Program-made: the position numbers and the translations under genes
The notes under the pieces: model-generated
What the model was told of the DNA's origin: nothing
The model's input: the letters and a program-made list of their open reading frames with translations, nothing else
Databases searched by the model: none
Part shown: piece by piece, positions 1-11,400 of the stretch
Layout of the letters: each line of letters opens with the position of its first letter
Position numbering within the stretch: the stretch's first letter is position 1
Assembly: GCF_044704955.1 (NCBI RefSeq)
Contig: NC_092001.1
Coordinates: 19,530,001 to 19,594,000, forward strand
Direction of reading: 5' to 3'
DNA: 64,000 bases
Source of the DNA: Pristiophorus japonicus
Lineage: Eukaryota

Positions 1-135
1 GGGATAGTGCAGGGGGCAGCGATTGATGGAGGGAGGGATGGACCTATGGAGGTCAGCAGGATTGGAGGGAGGGATGAAGGGAGAGAGGGAAGGAGAGACG
101 GATTGAGGGAGGTAGAGATGGTGGGAGGGAGCGAT
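1..135 (+). repeat. GGA/GGGA purine-rich low-complexity tract (unit A)
   Basis: Runs of ggagggagggatgg; paralogous tracts at ~14965-15155 and ~27465-27635. Confidence 0.85.
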
Positions 136-338
136 GCATTTTCTCCCAATTTACCCGATCAAATCTCCTCATGATTTTGAACATCTCGATTCAGTGGCCC
201 ATAACCTGCTGGGCTCTAAGGAGAACAGTCCCAGCTTCCAGCTGATCTGATGGTGCAGCTCACAGAGTGTAAAACTCAAGTTCCGTGAGTCCTGCTGCCT
301 GAGACACTTCCAGAGGTTCCTTGTGGAATCGCTGACAC

Positions 339-365
339 TTTTATATGGACGCGGTGGAAATCCCA
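339..365 (-). promoter_or_regulatory. Candidate core promoter, unit A: NF-kB-like site plus TATA box
   Basis: Minus strand reads TGGGATTTCC-accgcgtcca-TATAAAA; the arrangement is conserved in units B and C. Confidence 0.5.
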
Positions 366-512
366 GCGTGGGAATGAAATCTCATGCAAGAGAAGAGAAC
401 TCGCCCCTGATAATTTAACAGATCGGTGTAAGACTGGGCTCAGTCCCTGAACTTCAGACACGATGAGCTGAATGGCGACATTTTAAAATACAAGTTGTGA
501 TATGTTCAAGCC

Positions 513-958
513 TCGGCTCAGTGGGATCGCTCTATTCTCTGACACAGGTCACAGATACTAAACCCCACTCCAGAGAACTGAGTCCATAATCTATGCTGAC
601 ACATCCGATGCCAATACTGAGGGAGTGCTGCAAGGTCAGAGGTGCCGTCTTTTGGGGCAGACATTAAACTGAGGTCCCATCTTCCCACTCAGTTGGATTT
701 GAAGGACTCATGGCACTATCTTAAAGAGCAGAGGAGTTCTCCAGGGAATCCAGGTCAAATATTTATCCCTCAATCAACATCTGAAAAACAAATTATCTGA
801 TCATTATTTTATTGCTGTTTGTGGGATCGTGCTGTGTGCAATTTTGCTGTCACCTTTCCTACATTACTTCAGTGATCACACTTCCAAAGTAATTCATTGG
901 CTGTAAAGCACTTTGGGACATCATGGGATCATAAAAGGTGCTATATTAATGCAAGATG
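513..958 (+). mobile_element. Deu-domain tRNA-derived SINE (SacSINE1/AmnSINE-like), unit A copy
   Basis: tRNA-like head (ggctcagtgg), central body, 3' tail tgtaaagcactttgggac...aaaggtgctatattaatgcaag. Confidence 0.7.
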
Positions 959-1571
959 TTTCTAAATGTCAACATTTGAAAATACAAGTTGCGATATATG
1001 AAAAGCTCATACATAAGTCAATTGTAAGACAATCCTCTGGTCACTGGTTTAACTTGTTTAGTTTCAGTGGGTTACATCTTCCACTCAATTGAGATCCAGT
1101 GGAATAGCAGCCTGTTCGGCAGCAGAACTTTCAGAACTGAATTTTTAATTTGAATATTTGTTCCCTTTGATATAAATCACATCTGTTCCAATTGAATAAA
1201 AGTCATGCCAAAGTCACTGTTCAATATATTTTCATTAATGTTCTTCCAACTGTCAATATTCTTAAAATAAATCTTGTTGTGAGTTGAAACGAATTAATAA
1301 GTGCCTGTGTTGATCTGATTTTGCTGTCATGAACACTTCATGGAAACCAGTGTGACACATATGTAAATAAACACAGAAATAGAACACCCAGATTAGAGTA
1401 TTGAGCGACAGAAATACAATAAATGTTTCCCCACCAACACAGCAGAGAAATAAACAGAGAAAGAAATGCAGATTCCAGCATCAATTGTTTTTTGGTATAT
1501 TTCTCTAAATTATAGGAGAATAAAGTAAAGATGATAACCATGGTCAGAATGGCATAAGATTCTAGTCACCA

Positions 1572-1750
1572 TATATAGTGACATCACAAATGTGTCAGTG
1601 GGGAGTTCCTGTATCTTCTCCCTCTTCTATTTCCACTTTCATTCTTGTCTCTCAAGAATGGATAATTTTCATTCCCCCCCAACTAGATGTTAACATCGAA
1701 GAAAGGTTTTCCTTGAGCCCTAATGATATGTCTCGAATCAATTTGATTGG
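1572..1750. promoter_or_regulatory. Conserved motif block, unit A: CRE-like decamer, E-box, kB-like, IRF-like, CCAAT
   Basis: AGTGACATCA 1577-1586, CAAATG, GGGGAGTTCC 1600-1609, TTTCCACTTTC 1630-1640, ATTGG 1746-1750; 31-nt core identical in all three units. Confidence 0.5.
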
Positions 1751-1799
1751 AGTACGCAGAAGCTGCTTTAATCCAAAATATGACCTCTGCATTAAATGA

Positions 1800-1945
1800 T
1801 CTGGGAGTGTTTGATGTGACAATGTCGTGGTAGCTTTTCAATGAATCTAACCCACGCTGTACCTCCCTTGGGGTGTTTGATGGGGCAGTGGAGAGGGAGA
1901 TTTACTCTATATCTGACACATGCTGTATCTGCCCCGGGAGTTGCA
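1800..1945 (+). repeat. Short degenerate array of the ~67-bp minisatellite
   Basis: ctgggagtgtttgatg...ctaacccacgctgtacc units, same family as 54530-55480. Confidence 0.75.
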
Positions 1946-2144
1946 GGGTTTAATGCAGTAACAACTGAAGCAGGGTCTAGCTTAATATAAACAGCGACAG
2001 GGACTTGTGTAACAGAAACAAAGGCATGGCATATTCCAGTAATATCTGAGACAGGGTCTACAACAATATTAGTAGTTCTAGTGAAGTAATAACTGTTGTA
2101 GGGCCCAGTGCAGTAATTACTGACACAGGGACATTGTTTAATTG

Positions 2145-2560
2145 GTTCCCGACATGTGGATGTGGGTCTAGGTTACTAGATAAAAATTGACTGACTTTCC
2201 CGAATTGCCCTTGGAAAGCAGGTGGTGAGCTGCCACCTTGAACCGCTGCAGACCGTGAGATAAAGGGACTCCCACACTGTTAGTGAGGGGCTGCCATGAA
2301 TTTGATCCAACGACTATGAAGGAATGCTGATAAATTTCCCAAGTCAGCATGGTGTGTGATTTAGAGGCGGACGTGGAGGTGATGGTGTTCCCATGAACCT
2401 GCTGCCCTTGACCTTCTAGGTGGAAGAGGTCGCAGGTTTAGAAGGTGCTGCCGAAGATGTCTTGGAGAGTTGCTACAATGCACCTTGTGTATATTAATCC
2501 CCACAGACATGGTGCGCCGGTGGTGTAGGGAGTGAATATTTTACGTGGTGGATGGGGTAA
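2145..2560 (-). mobile_element. Non-LTR retrotransposon-like 3' fragment
   Basis: Resembles a recalled shark LINE 3' region; paralogous remnant at ~30960-31160. Confidence 0.4.
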
Positions 2561-2609
2561 TATAAACTGGAGGAGGGTCTAATATAGTAATAACTGAGAT
2601 AGGCTCTGT

Positions 2610-3790
2610 TGTATTATCGAATTGTAGAACGGTGACAGCACAAAATGAGCCCTTTCAGCACATAAAATACATGGCGCTCTCTGCAACAGTATTTCAGCCA
2701 ATCCACTCCACCGCCCTTTCCCGTGGCCCTGTGAATTTTCTTCCTTCAGGCACTTAACAATTACCTTTGGAATGCCACGATTCAATCTGTCCCCACCACA
2801 CTTTCAGGCCGTGCATTCCTGATCCTAACCACTCGCTGCGTAAAAATGTTTTCCCCATGTCGCCTTTGGTTCTTCTACTAATCAACTTAAATCTGTGTCC
2901 TCTGTACTCGACGTTTCCACCAGTGGGAACAGTTTCCATCCAGCTACTCTGTCTGGACCCTTGATGAATCTGAACTCCTCTATCAATTCTCATTTCAATT
3001 TCTCTGCTCTCAGGAGAACAACCCCAGCTTCTCCAGACTATCCATGTAACCGACGGACCTTATCCCTGGAACCGTGCTTGTAATTTTTTTCTGAATCCTC
3101 TCTAATGCGTTCATATCGTTCCTAAAGTGCAGTGCCTAAGTTGAATAAAATATTCCAGTTGAGGCTGAACCAATGTTTTACAAACGTTCATCATAACTTC
3201 CTTTCTTTTGTAGTCTATTCCTCTCTTTATGAAGCCCAGGATCCCATAATCTTTTTAACCACTTTCTCAGCCGGCCCTGCCAAATTCAATGATATTTGCA
3301 CATTTACTCCCAGGTCTCTGTGTTCATGAATCCCCTTTCGAAGTGTACTCTTTAATTTAAATGGCCTCACCACATTCTTCCTACCACAATGCATCAAGTC
3401 ACACGTTTCTCCGTTTCATTTTCCATGTGTCCACACATTCCAACCGCATGTCTATGTCCTCTTGAAGTCATCACTATCATTCTCAGTGTTCACTATACTT
3501 CCAAGCTATGTGTCATCTGAAAATTTTGAATTGTGCCCTTACACCCAAATTTAAGTCATGTATATAAATCAAGAATCGCAGTTTTCCTAGTAACAACCGC
3601 TGCAGAACACCATTGTGTACATTCCTCCAGTCCGAAAAGAACAACTGGTCACCACTACTCCCTGGTTGCTGTCACGCAGCCAATTTTATATCCATGCTGC
3701 CACTATTCCCTTCATGCTATGGGCTTCAACTATGCTGGCAAGGAAATTATCAAGGCACTTAACAAATATCTTTTGGAAGTCCACCACATC
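2610..3790 (-). mobile_element. CR1 LINE 3' fragment (degenerate ORF2)
   Basis: RGHRFKL..R.. CR1 C-terminal motif in ORF 2754-2993; paralog at 31230-32380. Confidence 0.8.
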
Positions 3791-4271
3791 AACCATAGGA
3801 ACTGAGACTGTGTCTAGTGCAGTAAAATCTGTGACCGGGTGCAGTGTAATGAGAGAATCAATAAGTCAGATAATTACAGATTTATTAATCACATTCCATG
3901 TACAGGTGCAGTTTCATTTTTACCATCACTTGCACCAATAATCCCACACGCCAGGTGTACATCAGGGGATTCTGTATGATGCTGAGGTGATCACTGGACA
4001 ATAAAGCTCAGAGACTGGTGGGTGGCTGCTCATTATGCTGGATGTGATTTACTCGCCTTTCCCACTAAATACTGCTGACAGACATGGGCACCTTGTTAAT
4101 GGAATGGTAAGTGTGACATCTTGTTCTAAACAAGACAATGTTTTATCAATAAACGTTAAAGGATTAAACGATCTGCAATTCGCTGTTGAAGACAATAAAA
4201 TGCTGAAAAATAATGGTTGAAGCTAATAATTTATCTTTGTGGTGTGCACTATTAATGATTTGTTTTGTACT

Positions 4272-4370
4272 TACACACACACAGAGACACAAACGTATAC
4301 ACACATACACACACACACATATACACACGCATTCTCTCACTCACACACACATATTCACAAAAATACACAT
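4272..4370 (+). repeat. Imperfect (CA)n microsatellite
   Basis: acacacacacagagacacaaacgtatacacacatacacacacacac. Confidence 0.9.
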
Positions 4371-5089
4371 ATAGCAAACACTTTGTGTGTGCTCACTTCA
4401 GTTGCTGTCAAATTAATGTGATCTTTTGTTCCGGCGGAGATTCTGAACCTGCTGCCACCCAACTGGCGGTGCTGTGAAGTCCCAGTTCCATGATCTCTCT
4501 GACACAATCAGTGGGTCACGTGAAAGCTCAATAGAAAATACTGCATGAAACACAATCCTCAACATTAAAGAACTGGGAGAAATTGGCACAGGACAACACA
4601 AGTGTGAATGAGTGATATTTAACACACAGCGTGCCACGCAGTCGTGCACGGTGCAGTGAATGGCTACCCTTCAGTCCTGTCACTCAATCCCAGTCCATCT
4701 CTGGGAGATGTTACAGTGTTCACCCCATCATCGCAACAGACATATTACCACACTACGCCATGTCAAGGAGACATTGCACACAAATCTTGATAGCTATTAA
4801 ACTAAACTTATGTTGCAATCAAAAATTATTGCATCCTCCGACTCACACATATATATATCTTTATTTACATTAATATATATCGATCCGTCTCTATATCTTC
4901 CGTCTATCGAACAGATGCAAGGTCAAGTCCAGAAATAACTGAGGCAGGGTCTGTTGTACAATAAATTGTGTTACAGTCCCTGGAGTGGGAGTTTATCACG
5001 AAATTATCTGAGACCGAGGCGAAAGTGAGACAAACTGAGCCACGTTTGACACAAAAAGATATTGTCTTGTGAAGTGCAATGGATACATG

Positions 5090-8000
5090 GCCCAGTGTAA
5101 CATAAAAGGGAGACAGGGTCTAGTGTAATACAAACAGAGACAGGGTCTAGTGTAATATAAACAGTGACAGTGTCTAATGTAATATAAACAGAGACTATGT
5201 CTCGTGTATATGATCAGAGACAGAGTCGAGTGTAATAGAAACAGGGACAGGATCTTTTGTAATATAAACAGAGACAGGGTGTAGTGTAAAATAAACAGAG
5301 ACAAGTTCGAGTGTAAAATAAATATGGACTGGGCCTAGTGTAATATAAACAGGGACAGTGTCTCGTGTAATATAAATAGGGACAGGGTCTAGTGTAATAC
5401 AAACAGAGACACGTTCGAGTGTAATATACACAGAGCTAGGCATTAGTGTAATATAAATAGGGACAGGGTCTAGTGTAATATAAACAGAGAAAGGGTCTGG
5501 TGTAATATAAACAGATACAGGTTCTGGTGTAATTTAAACACAGAAAGGGCCTAGTGTAATATAAACAGAGACAGGTTCTAGTGTAATAGAAACAGAGACA
5601 GGGTCGAGTGTAATATAAACAGAGACATGGCTGAGTGCAAATTAAACAGAGACATAGTCTCGTGTAATATTAAAAGAGATAGGGTCTAGTGTAATATAAA
5701 AAGAGACAGGGTCTAGTGTAATATAAACAGTGACAGGGTCCAGTGTAACATAAACAGAGACAGGGTCTAATGTAATATAAACGGAGAAAGGGTCTAGTTT
5801 AACATTTACAGAGATAGTGTCTAGTATAATATAAACAGGGACAGTGTCTGCTGTAACGTAAACAGAGACAAGGTCTAGTCGAATATAAACAGAGACAGGG
5901 TCGAGTGTAATATCAACAGACTCAATGTCTAGTATAATATAAACTGTGCCAGGGCATAGGGTAATTTAAACAGAGATAGTGTCTAGTGTAACATTTACAT
6001 AGACAAGGCGTAGTGGAATATAAACAGAGACAGGGCCAAGTGTAACATAAACTGAGAGTGGGCCTTATGTTATATAAACAGAGACAGGGTCGAGTGTAAT
6101 ATAAACAGAGACCGCGTCTCGTGTAATATAAACAGTGACAGGGTCCAGTGTAATATAAACAGAGACAGGATCTAGTGTAATATAAACAGTGAAAATTCCT
6201 AGTGTAATATAAACAGAGACAGGGCCTAATGTAATATAAACAGAGAAAGGGTCTAGTGTAACATTTACAGAGATAGTGTCGAGTGTAATATAAACAGGGA
6301 CAGGTCCGAGTGCAATATAAACTTACACATGGTCTCGTGTAATATTAAAAGAGACAGGGTCTAGTGTAATAAAAACAGAGACAGGGTCTAATGTAATATA
6401 AACAGTGACAGGGTCTTGTGTAATATAAACAGTGACAGGGCCTTGTGTAATATAAGCAGAGAAGTGGTCTAGTGTAATAAAACAGAGACAGTGACTAGTG
6501 TAATATAAACATAAAGAGGCTCAAGTGTAATATAAACGGAGACAGTGTCGAGTGTAATATAAACAGAGGCAGGGTCTAGTGTAATATAAACCGAGACAGG
6601 GTCTAGTATAATATAAACAGTAACAGGGTCCAGTGTAATAGAAACAGCGACAGGGTCTAGTGTAATATATACAGTGACAGTGCCCATTTTAACATAAACA
6701 GAGATGTGTTGAGCATAACATTTATATAAACAGTGCGTAGTGAAATATAAACAGAGACATGGTCTACTGCAACATAAACAGAGACAAGGCCTTGGGTAAT
6801 ATAAACAGGGACAGGGTCTGATGTAATATAAACAGAGATATAATCTGGTGTAATAAAAACAGAGAAAGTGCCTCGTGTAATATAAACAGTGGCAGGGTCT
6901 AGTGTAATATAAACAGAGACAGGGCCTAGTGTTATATAAACAGAGACAGGGTCCAGTGTAATATAAAAAGACAGGGTCTAATTTAATATAAAAGTGACAG
7001 GGTCTCGTGTAATTTAACAGAGACAGGGCATTGAATAATATAAACAGAGACAGGTCCGAGTGCAATATAAACTGAGACATGGTCTCGTGTAATATTAAAA
7101 GAGACAGGGTCTAGTGTAATAAAAAAAGAACAGGGTCTAATGTAATATAAACAGTGACAGGGTCTTGTGTAATATAAACAGTGACAGGGTCTTGTGTAAT
7201 ATAAACAGAGACATGGTCTAGTGTAATAAAAACAGAGACAGTGACTCGTGTAATATAAACAGAAAGAGGCTCAAGTGTAATATAAACGGAGACAGTGTCG
7301 AGTGTAATATAAACAGAGAAAGGGTCTAGTGTAATATAAACCGAGACATGGTCTCGTGTAATATAAACAGAGACAGGGCCCAGTGTAATATAAACAAAGA
7401 CAGGGTCGAGTGTAATATAAATAGAGACAGGGTCGAGTGTAATATAAACAGAGACAGGGTCTAGTGTAATATGAACAGAGACAGGGCCACGTGTAATAGA
7501 CATACAGACAGGGCCTAGTGCAATACAAACAGAGACATCGTCTAGTGTAATATTAAATTAGACAGGATCCAGTGTAATATAAACAGAGACAGGGTCTAGT
7601 GTAATATAAACAGAGAAATGGTCCAGTCTAATATAAACAGAGACAGGGTCTAGAGTAACATACAGAGAAATGTTCTCGTTTAATCAAAACAGAAACAGTG
7701 CATAGTGTAATATAAACAGAGACAGGCTCAAGTGTTTTATAAACGGAGAAAGGGTCGAGAGTAATATAAACAGAGACAGGGTCTAGTGCAATACAAACAG
7801 ATACAGTGTCTAGTGTAATATAAAAAGTGACAGGATCCAGTGTAATATAAACAAAGACAGGGTCGAGTGTAATATATACAGTGACAGTGCGTAGTTTAAT
7901 AAAAACTGAGAGAGTGTCGAGTTTAACATTTACATAGACAGTGCGTAGTGGAATATAAATTGAGACATGGTCGACTGCAACATAAACAGTGACAGGGCCT

Positions 8001-9475
8001 TGTGTATTATAAACAGAGACATGGTCTAGTGTAATATAAACAGAGAAAGTGCGTAGTGTAATATTAACAGGGACGGGGTCTGGTGTAATATAAACAGAGA
8101 CAGGGTCTAGTGTAATATAAACAGAGACATGGCCTAGTGCAATATAAACAGAGACATGGTCTCGTGTAATATTAAAAGAGATAGGGTCTAGTGTAATATA
8201 AAAAGAGATAGGATCTCGTGTAATATAAAAAGTGATAGGATCCAGTGTAATATAAACAAAGACAGGGTCTAGTGTAATATAAACAGAGACAGGATCCAGT
8301 GTAATATGAACCGAGACCGGGTCTAGTGTAATATAAACAGAGACCGGGTCTAGTGTAATATAAACAGAGACAGGGCCTCGTGTTATATACATATAGATAG
8401 GGCCTAGTGCAATATAAACAGAGACATCGTCTAGTGTAATATTAAATGAGACAGGAACTGGTGTATTATAAACAGAGACAGGGTCTAGTGTAATATAAAC
8501 TGTGACACGGTCTAGTGTAATTTAAACAGAGAAATGGTCCAGTCTAATATAACCAGAGACAGGGTCGAGTGTATTATATACACAGAGACATGGTCTTGTG
8601 TAATCAAAACAGAATCAGTGCCTAGTGTTATATAAACAGACACAGGCTCAAGTGTTTTATAAACAGAGAAAGGGTCGAGTGTAATATAAACAGAGACAGG
8701 GTCTAGTGTAATATCAACAGAGACAGGGCCTAGTGTTATATAAACAGAGACAGGGTCTAGTGTAATATCAACGGAGACAGGGTCTAGTGTAATGTAAATC
8801 GAGACAGAGCCTAGTGTAATATACATAGAGACAGGACCGAGTGCAATATAAACAGAGACATCGTCTAGTGTAATATTAAATGAGACAGGATCTAGTGTAA
8901 TATAAACAGCGACAGGGTCCAGTCTAATATAAACAGAGACAGGGTCTAGTGTAATGTAAATTGAGACAGGGCCTAGTGTAATATTAACAGAGACAGGGCT
9001 GAGTACAATATAAACAGAGACATGGTCTCGTGTAATATTAAAAGAGACAAGGTCTAGTGTAATATAAACAGAAGACAGGGTCCAGTGTAATATAAACAGT
9101 GACAGGGTCCAGTGTAATATAATCAGAGACAGGGCCTTGTGTAATATAAACAGAGACAGTGTCTAGTGTAATATAAACAGGGACAGGGTCTAGTGTAATA
9201 TAAACAGAGACGGGGTCTAGTGTAATATAAACAGTTGCAGGGGTCCAGTGTAATATAAACAGAGACAGTGTCTAGTGTAATATAAACAGAAACAGTGCCT
9301 CTTGTAATATAAACAGAGACACGGTCTAGTGTAATATAAACAGAGAAACGGTCCAGTCTAATATAAACAGAGACGTGGTCTAGTGTAATGTTAAATGAGA
9401 CAGGGTCTAGTGTAATATAAACAGAGACAGGGTCTAGTGTGATATAAAATTTGACAGTGCCTAGTGTAATATAAT
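5090..9475 (+). repeat. 27-bp tandem satellite array (~160 monomers), consensus AAACAGAGACAGGGTCTAGTGTAATAT
   Basis: Head-to-tail 27-nt repeats; the 9-aa periodic ORFs (TLDPVSVYI) are by-products. Confidence 0.97.
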
Positions 9476-9649
9476 GATAACAACAGAAGACATAGGATTA
9501 GGAGAAGGCCACCTGGCCTCCTTGAGCCTGCTACACCTTTTTATAAGATTATCGCTGATCTGATCATGGACTCAGCTCAACTTCTCTGATCACTCCCCAT
9601 AACCATTTATTCCCTCATCGCTCAAAGATCGCTCAAGAAAAATATTTTC

Positions 9650-11400
9650 CGTAGAGGAGGAAAGGGTGTAAGAGAAGGGATATCAATCCATGGCTAACGA
9701 AGGAAATAAAGAACAGTATTCAATTTAAAACAAGCGCTAACTGGCCAAAACTAATGGAGTACAGAAGCCATCGAAGCATGACGAAAAAAATGATTTAGAA
9801 AGGGAAGATGGAGTATAAAAGTAAATTGGCACGAAATATAAAAACAGATCGCAAGAGTTTCTGGAGGTATATAAAAAGTAAAAAAGTGGCTGGAGTAAAT
9901 GTTGGTCCCTTCGAGGACGAGACTATGGAATTAGTAATTGGGAACATGGAGATGGCAGAATGCTGAACAAATATATTGTATCAGTCTTTAGGGTAGAGAC
10001 ACTAAAAATATTCCAACAGTGGATCTTCAATGGGCTGTAAGTGGGCGAGGAACTTAACACAATCACAATCACTAAGGAGGCGGTGCTCAGTAAGATAATG
10101 GACTAAAGGCAGTTAAATTCCCTGGACCTGATGGTTTGCATCCTAGCGTCTTATGACAATTTGCGACAGGGATAGTGGATGCATTGGTTGTAATTTACCA
10201 AAATTCCCCGGATTGTGGAGAGGCCCCAGCAGAGTGGAATACTGCAAATGCAAAGCCCCAATATTAAAAAGGAGGCAGATAAATAGCAGGGAACTATAGA
10301 CCAGTTTGCCAAACATCTATGGTTGGGAAAATGTTGGAGTTCATTATTAAAGAAGCAGCAGCAGAACATTTGGAAAAGCAAAATTCGGTCAGGCAGAGTC
10401 AGCATGGATTTATGAAGGGAAGTCTTGTTTCACAAATTTGCGAGAGTTCTTTGAGGATGTAATGAACAGGGTGGACAAAGGGAACAAATTGATGTGGTGT
10501 AGTTGGTCTTCCAAAAGGCATTTGACAAGGTTCTACATTAAGGTTTACTGCACAAGATAAAAGTTCACGGGGTTGGGAGCAATATGTTAGCATGGATAGA
10601 GGATTGGCTTAAGAACAGAAAGCAGAGAGTCGGGAGCCATGGTTCATTCTCGGGATGACAATCAGTAACAAGTGGGGTGTCGCAGGAATCAGTGCGAGGT
10701 CCCCAAATATTTGCAATCATTTTAACGACTTGGAGAAAGGGACTGAGTGTAACATCGCCAAGTTTGTCGACGATACAAAGATGGGAGGAAAAGCAATGTG
10801 TGAGGAGAACACATAAAATCTGCAAAAGGACATAGACAGGCTGCGTGATTAGGCAAAAATTTGTCAGAGGAGTATAATGTTGTAAAATATGAGGTTATGC
10901 ACTCTGACAGAAAAAAATCAAAGGGCAAGTTATTATTTAAATGGAGAAAGATTGCAAATTACTGCAGTACAGCAGGACCTGGGGGTACTTGTGCATGAAA
11001 AACAATCGGTTAGTGTGCAGGTACAGCAAGTGATCAATAAGTGCAATCGAATATTGGCCTTTATTGCAAAGGGGATGGAGTATAAAAGCAGGCACGTCTT
11101 GCGACAGTTGCCCAGGATATAATTGTTCCCATATTTACGAAAGTATATACCTGCTTTGGAGGCAGTTCAGAGAAGGTTCACAAGGATGCTTCCAGAGATG
11201 AGGAGGTTGAATATTGGGAAACGTTGAGTAGGTTGATCCTCTACTCATTGGACCTCAGAAGAATGAGAGGTGATCCTCTCGAAACCAACAGATTATGAGG
11301 GGGCTTGACAAGGTGGATGCAGAGAGGATGTTTCCACCGATAGGGGACACTAGAGCTAGAGAGAATGATCTTAGAATAAGGGGCCACCGATTTAAAACCA
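9650..11400 (+). mobile_element. CR1 LINE ORF2 fragment, many frameshifts
   Basis: QHGFMKGSLV, kfvDDTK RT motif remnant, RGHRFKT. Confidence 0.85.

Noticed and set aside
250-290. Plus-strand mini-exon ATG GTG CAG CTC ACA...|gtgagt (MVQLT, globin-like start)
   Set aside because: Too short, no upstream promoter or downstream matching exon; the minus-strand kB-TATA reading explains the conservation better
1338-1541. Hydrophobic membrane-protein-like ORFs in the triplicated unit (also 16222-16473, 29726-30017)
   Set aside because: Start codon, frame and stops are not conserved among the three copies; no recognisable family
5090-9475. CRISPR array, or repetitive proteins (TLDPVSVYI / YYTRPCLCL ORFs)
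   Set aside because: Head-to-tail monomers with no unique spacers, in a vertebrate context; the ORFs arise because 27 is a multiple of 3
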